DNA from: Chloroflexota bacterium
GTDB lineage: Bacteria > Chloroflexota > Limnocylindria > Limnocylindrales > CSP1-4
Assembly (NCBI GenBank): GCA_005889475.1
Contig: VBGT01000078.1
Span: 4,147 to 56,796 of the forward strand
DNA: 52,650 bases
Direction of reading: 5' to 3'
Shown: piece by piece, positions 9,015-17,591 of the stretch
How the letters are laid out: each line of letters starts with the position of its first letter
Position numbering within the stretch: position 1 is the first letter of the stretch
Made by a program: the position numbers and the translations under genes
Notes under the pieces: model-generated
What the model saw: the letters and a program-made list of their open reading frames with translations, nothing else
Told to the model about the DNA's origin: nothing
Database searches by the model: none

Positions 9015-10731
9015 GCGAGATCACGCTCGTGGAGCGGCCCGGGATGGTCGCCAGCGGGCGATAGTCGGCGAAGCCCCCAGACGTATCAATGTGCGGCGCC
9101 GGGATCGTGGTTGTGGCGAGCGACGGTGGGTAGATCGGCTCGGCCGCCGTGACCGCCGCGCAGAACGGGCCGTTCCGCAGCGACAAGGCCACGTCGCGCG
9201 CGGTCTCGGTACCCAGGTTCTGGATCACGATCAGGCGCTCGCCGTTCTTCTCGATGCGGAGGCTCGCGGCGACGCGCGGGCTGGAGGCCTCGAGCGGCAG
9301 CAGCGGAGCCGTCGCAAGCGCCGGGTGCGCCGTGCGGAGGCGGATCAGATCACGATAGGTCGACCGCAGCGACGTGGGATCAGCTCCTTCCGTCGCCGCA
9401 TTCGTGGTGTCGGCGCCTGCCGCGAAAGGTTCCCACGACGTGCCGCCGGTGAACCCGTGACTGGGGTCGGTCGCGGTCCACGGGTAGGGCGTCCGGATCT
9501 GCTCGTCCGGCTTGTCGCCGACCATGCCGAGCTCCTCGCCGTAGTAGATGAACGGCGTCCCCGCCGTGGTCAGGAGGGCGCCCGCCGACGTGGCCGCCGC
9601 TGAGGCGTCGCCGCGCAGCTGGGTCATGATCCGTGGCTGGTCGTGGTTCGACAGGAAGGTGCCCGCGCCGCCGCCCGAATACGCCTTCTGGATGCTTCCC
9701 TCCGAATACAGAAGCGAGCCGGCGTCGCCATGGGTCACGGCATTGGCGATGGCTGGTCCGATCTCGAAGTCGAAGGTCATGTCGAGCGACCCGTCCGTCA
9801 CGTAGCTCGCCGACGTGAGCTCCGCATCGTCGACCTCGCCGAGCACCAGCTCGTCGGCTCGCTGGCCGTGAATGTCGTTCCGGAACGCCGCGAGCCAGGC
9901 CCGAGTCTCCGGCGTGTTGAGCTGCCCATCCGGGCCATCCTCGATCAGGTGCCGCGCGGCGTCGATCCGGAACCCGTCGACGCCCAGGTCGGTCCAGTAC
10001 GCAGCCGCCTGCTCGAGTGCCGCGGTGACCGCCGTGTTGCGCAGGTTCAGGTCGGGCATTGCGCCGGAGAACAAGCCGTAGTAGAAGCCGGCCTTCGACG
10101 CGTGCCACGGGTTCCCGGCGCCGATCGGATTGGGCCAGCCTGGGTCCGCTGCCGACCAGATGTACCAGTCGTGGTGGGGTCCGCCAGCGGCCGCGTCGAC
10201 GAACCAGGGGTTCTGGTCGGAGCTGTGGTTAGCCTCGAAGTCCAGCACCACCTTGATGCCTCGGGCGTGGGCGTCATCGACGAGGCGCCGGAACGCCTGC
10301 ACATCGCCGTAGTCCGGCTCGATCGCGCTGTAGTCGACGACGTCGTACCCGTGGTAGCTGGGTGTTGGCGCGATCGGCATCAGCCAGAGGCCCGTGACGC
10401 CGAGGTCGTCGGTGGTCGCCTCGTCACCGTCGTTCAGGTCGTCGAGATGCGCCCTGAGCCCCTTGAGGTCACCGATGCCGTCGCCATTCGAGTCGGCGAA
10501 GCTCCGGACGAACACCTCGTAGAACACTGCGGTCTGCCACCACGTCCGCGTCGCCGGGGTGGGGGTCCCGCTTGGGCAAGCAGGCGGCGACGTCGACCCC
10601 GCCGGCGCGGGGCTGCCCGACGGTGTCAAGGCGGGACTGCACCCGCCAACCATGAGCGCCGCGCCGATCACCATCGTCGCCAGCGACGAAAGGCGGCCAC
10701 GCGGGCCGGCGTGGCATGCGAGGATCGGCAT
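9004..10731 (-). CDS. GH13 alpha-amylase-family lipoprotein
   Basis: FYEVFVRSFADSNGDGIGD, YHGYD, NH, DGFRIDAARH, GEV, FLSNHD, YYGEELG; lipobox VGGC; start uncertain. Confidence 0.88.
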   Translation of the reverse strand: MPILACHAGPRGRLSSLATMVIGAALMVGGCSPALTPSGSPAPAGSTSPPACPSGTPTPATRTWWQTAVFYEVFVRSFADSNGDGIGDLKGLRAHLDDLNDGDEATTDDLGVTGLWLMPIAPTPSYHGYDVVDYSAIEPDYGDVQAFRRLVDDAHARGIKVVLDFEANHSSDQNPWFVDAAAGGPHHDWYIWSAADPGWPNPIGAGNPWHASKAGFYYGLFSGAMPDLNLRNTAVTAALEQAAAYWTDLGVDGFRIDAARHLIEDGPDGQLNTPETRAWLAAFRNDIHGQRADELVLGEVDDAELTSASYVTDGSLDMTFDFEIGPAIANAVTHGDAGSLLYSEGSIQKAYSGGGAGTFLSNHDQPRIMTQLRGDASAAATSAGALLTTAGTPFIYYGEELGMVGDKPDEQIRTPYPWTATDPSHGFTGGTSWEPFAAGADTTNAATEGADPTSLRSTYRDLIRLRTAHPALATAPLLPLEASSPRVAASLRIEKNGERLIVIQNLGTETARDVALSLRNGPFCAAVTAAEPIYPPSLATTTIPAPHIDTSGGFADYRPLATIPGRSTSVISLSP

Positions 10732-10789
10732 CGGCGCCAGTATTGCTCCCCGCACCGCCGGTTCGACGCTCCCGAGGAGTCAGCAACAC

Positions 10790-12334
10790 ATGCCGGACAC
10801 GCCCGCATGGGTCCGCGACGCGGTCTTCTACCAGATCTTCCCCGACCGTTTCGCGGCGAGCGAACGTGTTCCCAAGCCCGGCGCGCTGGAGCCGTGGGAT
10901 GCGCCACCGACGAACCATGGGTTCAAGGGCGGCGACCTCTTGGGCATCGTCGAGCACCTCGACCACATCGCCTCGCTCGGCGTCAACGCGCTGTACCTGA
11001 CGCCGGTCTTCCAGTCGGCCTCCAACCATCGCTACCACACGTACGACTACCTGGCGGTCGACCCGCTGCTTGGCGGGGATGGGGCGCTGCGCGAGCTGCT
11101 CGACACCGCCCACGCCGTTGGGATGCGGGTGATCCTCGACGGCGTCTTCAACCACACCGGGCGCGGCTTCTGGCCGTTCCACCACGTCCTCGAGACCGGC
11201 GGCGGCTCGCCATACCGGAACTGGTTCCACTACGACGAGGAGGCGCTGGAGCGGGGCCGGCCGATCGACGCCTACCCGTTGGCCCGGCAGCGCTTGGGCG
11301 TCGCCCACGATGAGCCCGTCCTGAGCGCAGTCGAGGGCCAGGGACAGATGTCCCGCGCGCGGCTCGGCTACGAGGCGTGGTGGGGCATGCCCGCGTTGCC
11401 GAAGCTCAATGTCGCCGAGACGGCCGTGCGCGAGTACCTGTGGAACGTGGCCGAGCACTGGCTCCGCTTCGGCATCGACGGCTGGCGGCTCGACGTGCCG
11501 GCGGAGATCGACGATCGCTCGTTCTGGCAGGAGTTCCGGCGCCGCTGCAGGGCGGTCAATCCAGAGGCATACCTCGTGGGCGAGATCTGGCACGTCGCCC
11601 CGGACTGGGTCAGCGGCGACCGCTTCGACGCACTGATGAACTATCCGCTGGCCGAGGCGATCATCGGCTTCGTGGGCGGCCGCTCCCTCAACGAGCCGCT
11701 GCTCCGCTCGCACCACGAATACGCGCGCGTGACCCGCCTGGACGGACCTGCCTTCGCGGCCCACCTCGGCGAGCTCCTCTCCGACTACGACCCGGGCACA
11801 ACCGCGGCGCAGCTGAACCTGCTCGGGAGCCACGACACGCCGCGCGTCCTCTCGCTGCTCGGCGGCGACGTCGAGGCGATGGAGCTGGCCGTGCTGCTGC
11901 AGGGCACGCTGCCCGGGGCGCCGTGCGTGTACTACGGCGACGAGGTCGGGGTCAGCGGCGGCAAGGACCCGGAGTCGCGCCGGGCCTTCCCGTGGGATCC
12001 GGGGCATTGGCAGTCGGACCTGCTCGAGACGACACGCGCCACGTTCGGCCTGCGTCGCGCCGAGGCTGCCCTGCGCTCCGACGGCGTGACGCTCCTGTCA
12101 TCCGCCGCCGAAGCGCTCGCGTTCGAACGTCGCGACGGCGATGGCCGGCTGGCCGTGGCGGTGAACGCCGGCGAGGCGGTCGCCTCGCTCGCCCTCGGCG
12201 GGACCGATCGAGCCCCCGCCGTGCTCCTCGCGACCGGTCGGGCCCGCGAAATGGCGCCTTCCGTGACGTCCACGGACGGGAGCGTCACGATCGAGCTGCC
12301 GCCACGTTCCGGCGCCGTCGTCCGCCTCGCCTGA
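10790..12334 (+). CDS. GH13 neopullulanase/cyclomaltodextrinase-like cytoplasmic glycosidase
   Basis: FYQIFPDRF, SNHRY, DGVFNH, DGWRLDV, GEIW, LLGSHD, YYGDE; SD GAGGAG before ATG 10790. Confidence 0.92.
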   Translation: MPDTPAWVRDAVFYQIFPDRFAASERVPKPGALEPWDAPPTNHGFKGGDLLGIVEHLDHIASLGVNALYLTPVFQSASNHRYHTYDYLAVDPLLGGDGALRELLDTAHAVGMRVILDGVFNHTGRGFWPFHHVLETGGGSPYRNWFHYDEEALERGRPIDAYPLARQRLGVAHDEPVLSAVEGQGQMSRARLGYEAWWGMPALPKLNVAETAVREYLWNVAEHWLRFGIDGWRLDVPAEIDDRSFWQEFRRRCRAVNPEAYLVGEIWHVAPDWVSGDRFDALMNYPLAEAIIGFVGGRSLNEPLLRSHHEYARVTRLDGPAFAAHLGELLSDYDPGTTAAQLNLLGSHDTPRVLSLLGGDVEAMELAVLLQGTLPGAPCVYYGDEVGVSGGKDPESRRAFPWDPGHWQSDLLETTRATFGLRRAEAALRSDGVTLLSSAAEALAFERRDGDGRLAVAVNAGEAVASLALGGTDRAPAVLLATGRAREMAPSVTSTDGSVTIELPPRSGAVVRLA

Positions 12335-12418
12335 GGCGGGATCGGCGCCGGCCTCCGCGCCTTCGCCGAGGGCCCGGCGGGTCCGGCCGAAGCGGGTGCC
12401 CCTCCTTATACTCCCGCG

Positions 12419-13027
12419 GTGTCAGACCTCCCGGTGTCGCTGCCGCGCGAGCTCGAGAGCGCGTTCGTTGCTGCCCTCGATCGCGCCGGCAAGCTCGTCG
12501 CCACCCTCGATGCCCTGGGCCCCATCGCCGATCGTGACGTCCTCGTCGTCGATGCGTTCGGTGGCCCCGTCGTGACCGGCATGGCCGCCGCGGGCGCGCG
12601 GCTGACCACGGTCGCGCCGGAGGTGCCATTCCGGCTCGGCGCGGATGACGGCTCGGCGGACGTCGTCGTCGGCCTTTGGTCGACCTTCCGAGGCGTCGAC
12701 CAGGCCGAGGTGGCCGAGGTGGACCGGGTGCTGCGCCCAGGCGGGCGGCACCTCGCCGTGCACGACTATGGCCGCGATGACGTCTCGCGCCTGCACGTCG
12801 AATCGGAGCGTCCCGAGTACGGCGCGTGGAGCCAGCGGGCCGGGCCGTTCCTGTCCGGCGGGTTCAAGGTGCGGGTCGTCCACTGCTTCTGGGAGTTCGA
12901 GTCGCTCGAGGCGACGACCCGCTTCCTCAGCGCCGCCTTCGGCGCCGCGGGCGCCGCGGTGGCGGCCTCGCTGAAGCGGCCGCGCCTGTCCTGGAACGTC
13001 GCCGTCTACCATCGCTCGCGACCGTGA
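12419..13027 (+). CDS. Class I SAM methyltransferase-like protein with a degenerate motif I
   Basis: SADVVV and EVDRVLRPGG motifs; motif I reads VVDAFGG. Confidence 0.55.
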   Translation: MSDLPVSLPRELESAFVAALDRAGKLVATLDALGPIADRDVLVVDAFGGPVVTGMAAAGARLTTVAPEVPFRLGADDGSADVVVGLWSTFRGVDQAEVAEVDRVLRPGGRHLAVHDYGRDDVSRLHVESERPEYGAWSQRAGPFLSGGFKVRVVHCFWEFESLEATTRFLSAAFGAAGAAVAASLKRPRLSWNVAVYHRSRP

Positions 13028-13446
13028 TCGATCGACCCGCTCCAGCCCAGGGGCCGGCCCCGCCGCCACCCGTGCAGACGCCACCTGCGCAGCCGCCATC
13101 CGCGCAGACGCCACCTGCGCGACGGGGTCGCTACCTCGGGCCGTTGAGGATCACCCCCGCCGTCGTCCTCGTGGCGGTCGCGATCGTCGGCTCGGTTGCG
13201 TTCATCCTGTACGTCGTCTTCCGTGTCGAAGACGAGCAGATCCCGCTCCTCGGAGCCGGCTTCGGGGTCCTGGGCGCGTCCTTCGCCACGATCGCCATCG
13301 GCTCGCTCGTCGAGATGTGGCGCGCCGCTTCGCGGGCTCGCACCGGGCGGGCGTTCACCCTCGCGATCGTCGGCGGCATCGCGGGGCTCGTCGCGATCGG
13401 CTGCTTCACGTTCACGGCGCTCTCGACCCTGGTTTGGAGGTCCTGA
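13024..13446 (+). CDS. Membrane protein with Pro-rich N-terminus and three TM helices
   Basis: GTG start overlaps the upstream TGA; hydrophobic segments. Confidence 0.65.
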   Translation: MIDRPAPAQGPAPPPPVQTPPAQPPSAQTPPARRGRYLGPLRITPAVVLVAVAIVGSVAFILYVVFRVEDEQIPLLGAGFGVLGASFATIAIGSLVEMWRAASRARTGRAFTLAIVGGIAGLVAIGCFTFTALSTLVWRS

Positions 13447-13487
13447 GGATCGAGCGCGGCCCGGCCCGCACCAGCCGAGCGAGGGAG

Positions 13488-13561
13488 TGCCCCCAAGGGG
13501 ATTCGAACCCCTGATCTCCACCTTGAAAGGGTGGCGTCCTGGGCCTCTAGACGATGGGGGC
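13488..13561 (-). tRNA. tRNA-Glu (anticodon UUC), CCA not encoded
   Basis: GCCCCCA/TGGGGGC acceptor stem, CCACC-CTTTCAA-GGTGG anticodon arm, GTTCGAATC T-loop. Confidence 0.97.
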
Positions 13562-13655
13562 CTGAGAGCCGGCCGAGTGTATCGCGCCGCTGATCCGGGC
13601 CCGTCGCCTGCCGCGTCTCAGCCGGCCGCGATCCGCGGCGATACCATCGCCCACG

Positions 13656-14027
13656 ATGAGCTCGCTCGACTACCTCGGCATCCACATCCCGACGATCATC
13701 GAGGACAACGTCTCGATCCGGTGCGACGGTTGCCTCGAGGTCATCGACGGCACGCCGTGGCGGCTGAACATCCTCGACATCGTGGCGGCGGAGACGCCGG
13801 TGTCGTGGGCGGAGCGGCCGCCGATCAACCCGGGCCCGTTCGAGTTCCACGGCGACGGCAGCCACGTCCGGGCGTGGATGCGGGCCCGCGGCTACCTGTT
13901 CTGCCGGAAGGGCGAAGTTCGCGAGATCATGCGCCCGATCCCCATCCCCGGGCCCGAGGGCGCAGCGCTCCGCTATGGGCTATGCGATGGCCTGCACCGC
14001 GACGACCACGAGCTCATGCCCGCCTGA
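13656..14027 (+). CDS. Hypothetical Cys/His-rich protein
   Basis: Codon usage matches neighbouring genes; TACCAT -10 lies 8 nt upstream; CDGC...H...H...C...CDGLH...H. Confidence 0.7.
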   Translation: MSSLDYLGIHIPTIIEDNVSIRCDGCLEVIDGTPWRLNILDIVAAETPVSWAERPPINPGPFEFHGDGSHVRAWMRARGYLFCRKGEVREIMRPIPIPGPEGAALRYGLCDGLHRDDHELMPA

Positions 14028-14086
14028 CACTCTGACCCGCCATTGCCGGATCCTGCCGGATCGGCGCAACTGAAGGACGACCACCG

Positions 14087-15133
14087 ATGTCCGCGACGCT
14101 GCCCGCCCTGACCGCGACCCTCGCTCTCGTGATGGCGATCGCGCTGATCGACCAGTGGCGCCTGCGGCGCCAGCCGTTCCAGCTCGTGTGGGCGCTCGGC
14201 ATGGCCTTCTACGGCATCGCCGCCGGGTGCGAGGCCATCGCCGCGGCGGCCGGCTGGAACGAGGTGCTGTACCGGACGTGGTACCTGACCGGGGCCGTTC
14301 TGACGGCGGGCTGGCTCGGGCTCGGCACGATCGTCCTCCTGGCTCGGACCCGCTTCGGCTACGCCGTCGCGGTGAGCATCTTCCTGGCCGGGCTATTCAC
14401 CCTCCTGACCCAGGCGAAGTACCACTACGAAGGCGCCGGCAGCACCCCGATCGTGTACTTCATCGGGGCCGGCCTGCTGGCGTTGGCGATCGCCGTCGAG
14501 ACGTACTTCCAGAACGAGCGTTGGCCGCTCTTCGCCGCGATCGGCGTGGTCGGGGCAAGCATCCTCGCCTTGGCGCTGACAGTCACCGCGACGCTCGCGG
14601 CCCCGGGGTTCCAGGTCGATCCGGTGACGGGCCAGCCGGTGGCCGACCTGTTCCCCGGCTCGCTGCGCCTGCTCACGCCGTTCCTCAACATCACCGGCGG
14701 CTTCGCGCTCGCGTTCGGAGCGCTGTTCTCGGCCTACATGTTCATGCCCAAGAGGCGGGTCCTGCCGTACTCGATCGACCCCAACCAGCCAGGCGACCAC
14801 TTCCTGTTCAACCTGTTCATCGCCCCGGTCGCGCTCACCGTCAACTTCGTGGCGTCGCTGCCGGGCGCCATTCGCGAGCTCGTCCGGGGCCGGCTGCACA
14901 GCCGCGTGCCGGCGACGCTGCTCATCGCGATCGGCGGGTTCGTGGCCTCGGCCGGCGACACGCTCAACCGCTTCGGCGTCACCGGCCCGTTCGCGGTCGC
15001 AAAGTTCCTCGCGGTGGTGTTCCTGCTGGCCGGCTTCCTGGTCTCGATCGAGGCATTCCGCGAGTTCCGGATTCCGTTCACCTCGGTCCGCCTCGGCGGC
15101 GCACGGCGGGAGGTCGGGGCCCAGCCGAGCTGA
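14087..15133 (+). CDS. Polytopic membrane protein of unknown function
   Basis: About 9-10 hydrophobic segments; YRTWYLTGA segment. Confidence 0.75.
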   Translation: MSATLPALTATLALVMAIALIDQWRLRRQPFQLVWALGMAFYGIAAGCEAIAAAAGWNEVLYRTWYLTGAVLTAGWLGLGTIVLLARTRFGYAVAVSIFLAGLFTLLTQAKYHYEGAGSTPIVYFIGAGLLALAIAVETYFQNERWPLFAAIGVVGASILALALTVTATLAAPGFQVDPVTGQPVADLFPGSLRLLTPFLNITGGFALAFGALFSAYMFMPKRRVLPYSIDPNQPGDHFLFNLFIAPVALTVNFVASLPGAIRELVRGRLHSRVPATLLIAIGGFVASAGDTLNRFGVTGPFAVAKFLAVVFLLAGFLVSIEAFREFRIPFTSVRLGGARREVGAQPS

Positions 15134-15174
15134 GCCGCCGGCGAGCGCCGGCGTCGAGGCGAGGCACCCCGGCG

Positions 15175-15963
15175 ATGCCCACCGCGGGAGCCGAAACGGG
15201 CGAGGCCGTCGCCGGGGAAGCCGCCACCTGGGAGGTCGTCGGGCCGCCCGACGCACCGCCGATCGTGTTCGTGCATGGCGCGCTCATGGGCAGGTCGGTG
15301 TGGCGGCCGCAGATCGACGCACTTGCCGACCGGTACCGGTGCATCTCGGTCGACCTGCCCGGACACGGAACGCAGCGGGAGCGCGCGTTCGAGGTCGATG
15401 ACGCCATTGCCGGCGTCGTCCGGGCGATCGACGAGGCCGCGGATGGGCGGACGGTTCTCGTCGGCCTGTCGCTGGGCGGCTACGTCGCGATGGCTCTGGC
15501 GGGGCGACACCCGGAGCGCGTCCGCGGCCTGGTCATCGCGGGCGCCACGCGGGAGCCGACGGGCGCGAACCACCTCGCGTTCCTGCTCTACGCGGGAATG
15601 CTCCGGCTGGCCCCCGAGTCAGCGGTGCGGGCCGTGGCACTCGCCTGGTTCCGGCGTCGCTACGGTCCCGTCCTCGGCGCTGCCATCACGGCCGGCGGCC
15701 ACTTCGCCCGGGGCGGCAGCCAGGCGGTGCGCCGGATCGCTGGCCGCCCGTTCCGGGATCGCCTCCTTGCCTATGGCGGCCCGATCCTGGTCATCAACGG
15801 CACGCTCGACCTCGTCTTCCGGATCGGGGCGGGCCGCTTCCTGGCAGGCGTGCCGGGCGTGACCCACCGGGTCATCCCGCGCGCCGGCCACCTCTCGAAC
15901 GTCGACCGGCCGGAGGTGTTCACCGGCCTCATCGAGGAGTTCATCGGCTCGCTGGCAGCGTAG
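15175..15963 (+). CDS. Alpha/beta hydrolase
   Basis: VFVHG, DLPGHG, GLSLGG nucleophile elbow, GTLD, AGH. Confidence 0.9.
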   Translation: MPTAGAETGEAVAGEAATWEVVGPPDAPPIVFVHGALMGRSVWRPQIDALADRYRCISVDLPGHGTQRERAFEVDDAIAGVVRAIDEAADGRTVLVGLSLGGYVAMALAGRHPERVRGLVIAGATREPTGANHLAFLLYAGMLRLAPESAVRAVALAWFRRRYGPVLGAAITAGGHFARGGSQAVRRIAGRPFRDRLLAYGGPILVINGTLDLVFRIGAGRFLAGVPGVTHRVIPRAGHLSNVDRPEVFTGLIEEFIGSLAA

Positions 15964-15968
15964 TCGCG

Positions 15969-16000
15969 GGGCTTCCCGCATCCGGGCCGGGCGGAAGCCC
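15969..16000 (+). terminator. Stem-loop after the hydrolase gene
   Basis: GGGCTTCC...GGAAGCCC inverted repeat; no U tract. Confidence 0.4.
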
Positions 16001-16058
16001 GGTGCTATCCTCCCCGCGGGCCAACCACGCTCCGGCCCGCCCCCGCACGTGAGGTTCG

Positions 16059-16937
16059 ATGCGCGTCCGAAAGGCTGTGTTCCCGGCGGCGGGATGGGGC
16101 ACCCGGTTCCTGCCGGCGACGAAGGCACAGCCGAAGGAGATGCTCCCGCTCGTCGACAAGCCGGTCATCCAGTACGCGGTCGAAGAGGCCGTCGCGGCCG
16201 GCATCGAGCAGGTGATCATCGTCACCTCCAGCCAGAAGCGTGCGATCGAGGACCACTTCGACTTGTCCTATGAGCTCGAGCGGCTGCTCGAGGAAAAGGG
16301 CGAGATCGAGAAGCTGCGCCTCGTGCGCCGGATCAGCGACCTCGCCCAGATCGCCTACGTTCGGCAGAAGGAGCAGCTCGGGCTCGGGCACGCGATCCTC
16401 ATGGCCAAGGACGTCGTCGGCCACGAGCCATTCGCGGTTCTGCTCCCCGACGACGTCGTGATCTCCGATCGACCCGCGATCGGCCAGCTAATCCACGCCT
16501 ACGAGCAGACCCACTCGTCGGTCGTGGCCGTGGCCGAGGTGCCGATGGCCGAGGTGTCGCGCTACGGCATCGTCGCCGCAGAGACCGTGGATAGCCACCT
16601 CGACGGCGGGCGGCTGCAGCGCATGACCGCGATCGTCGAGAAGCCCGAGCCGAAGGACGCGCCCTCGACGCTGGCCGTCATCGGCCGGTACGTCCTGACG
16701 CCCAAGATCTTCGACAAGCTCGAGCAGACCCAGCGCGGCGCCGGCGGCGAGATCCAGCTGACTGACGCCATCGAGGCGCTCATGGACGAGCAGTCCGTCT
16801 ACACGTACCAGTTCGAGGGGACGCGCTACGACGCCGGGACGACGATGGGCTGGCTCATGGCCACGGTCGACATCGCGCTCCAGCGGCCGGATCTGTCCCG
16901 GGAGCTCCGCGAGCACCTGCGTTCTCTCGACCTTTAG
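16059..16937 (+). CDS. galU: UTP-glucose-1-phosphate uridylyltransferase
   Basis: KAVFPAAGWGTRFLPATKAQPKEMLP, GLGHA, VEKP, GEIQLTDAI. Confidence 0.95.
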   Translation: MRVRKAVFPAAGWGTRFLPATKAQPKEMLPLVDKPVIQYAVEEAVAAGIEQVIIVTSSQKRAIEDHFDLSYELERLLEEKGEIEKLRLVRRISDLAQIAYVRQKEQLGLGHAILMAKDVVGHEPFAVLLPDDVVISDRPAIGQLIHAYEQTHSSVVAVAEVPMAEVSRYGIVAAETVDSHLDGGRLQRMTAIVEKPEPKDAPSTLAVIGRYVLTPKIFDKLEQTQRGAGGEIQLTDAIEALMDEQSVYTYQFEGTRYDAGTTMGWLMATVDIALQRPDLSRELREHLRSLDL

Positions 16938-16955
16938 CCGGCGGCGGGGGCAGGA

Positions 16956-17494
16956 ATGACCCTTGAGGTCCTCGTCATCGCCGTCGTCCGCGTCCTCGGC
17001 TCCCTGCCCGTCCTGCGCTGGCCGCTCGCCGGGGGCCTGCTCGCGATCGCTGTCGACCTGTCCGACCTGCTGCTCCGCGACGTGCTCGACCTGGGTGGCG
17101 TCCCGGACTACCAGTCGCTCGACAATGGCTCGACCAGGTCTACCTCGCCTGCTTCCTGATCGTCGCGCTCCGCTGGCAGGGACTCGAACGCGGGATCGCG
17201 ATCGGGCTGTACGTGTATCGGCTCATTGGTTTTGCGGCCTTCGAGCTGACCGCCCAGCGCGAGGTGCTGTTCCTGTTCCCGAACGTCTTCGAGCCGTGGT
17301 TCCTCGTGGTCGCCGCGATCCACCACTACCGCCCCGGCTTCCAGTGGTCGCGGCTCGCGCTCGGGCTGACGCTTGGTGCGATCACCGTTGTCAAGGAGGC
17401 CCAGGAGTGGGCCCTCCACGTCGGGCGCGTGTTCGACGGCTTCAGCTCGCTCGACGCGATCGGCTGGATCTGGCGGTGGCTGACCGGCCGGTAG
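16956..17494 (+). pseudogene. Frameshifted membrane protein (1-nt loss near 17124)
   Basis: MTLEVL...DYQSLD continues in another frame as (K)WLDQVYLACFLIVALRW...FPNVFE; one base appears missing in GAC AA TGG. Confidence 0.7.
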
Positions 17495-17591
17495 CGACCG
17501 TCACCCCGAGCGTCGCGGGGGGCGTCCTACGGTACGATGCCCGCCGCGCCCCGAGGGCGGCGCGCGACACCCACGAATCCTTGGAGGACGC

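Noticed and set aside
13073-13120. Short repeats GCAGACGCCACCTGCGC (also short repeats near 36880-36975) as a CRISPR or mobile repeat
   Set aside because: Only two in-frame copies encoding Pro-rich linkers; no spacers or cas genes
13488-13561. tRNA-Glu as an integration site
   Set aside because: No integrase, no duplicated tRNA 3' end and no composition shift nearby
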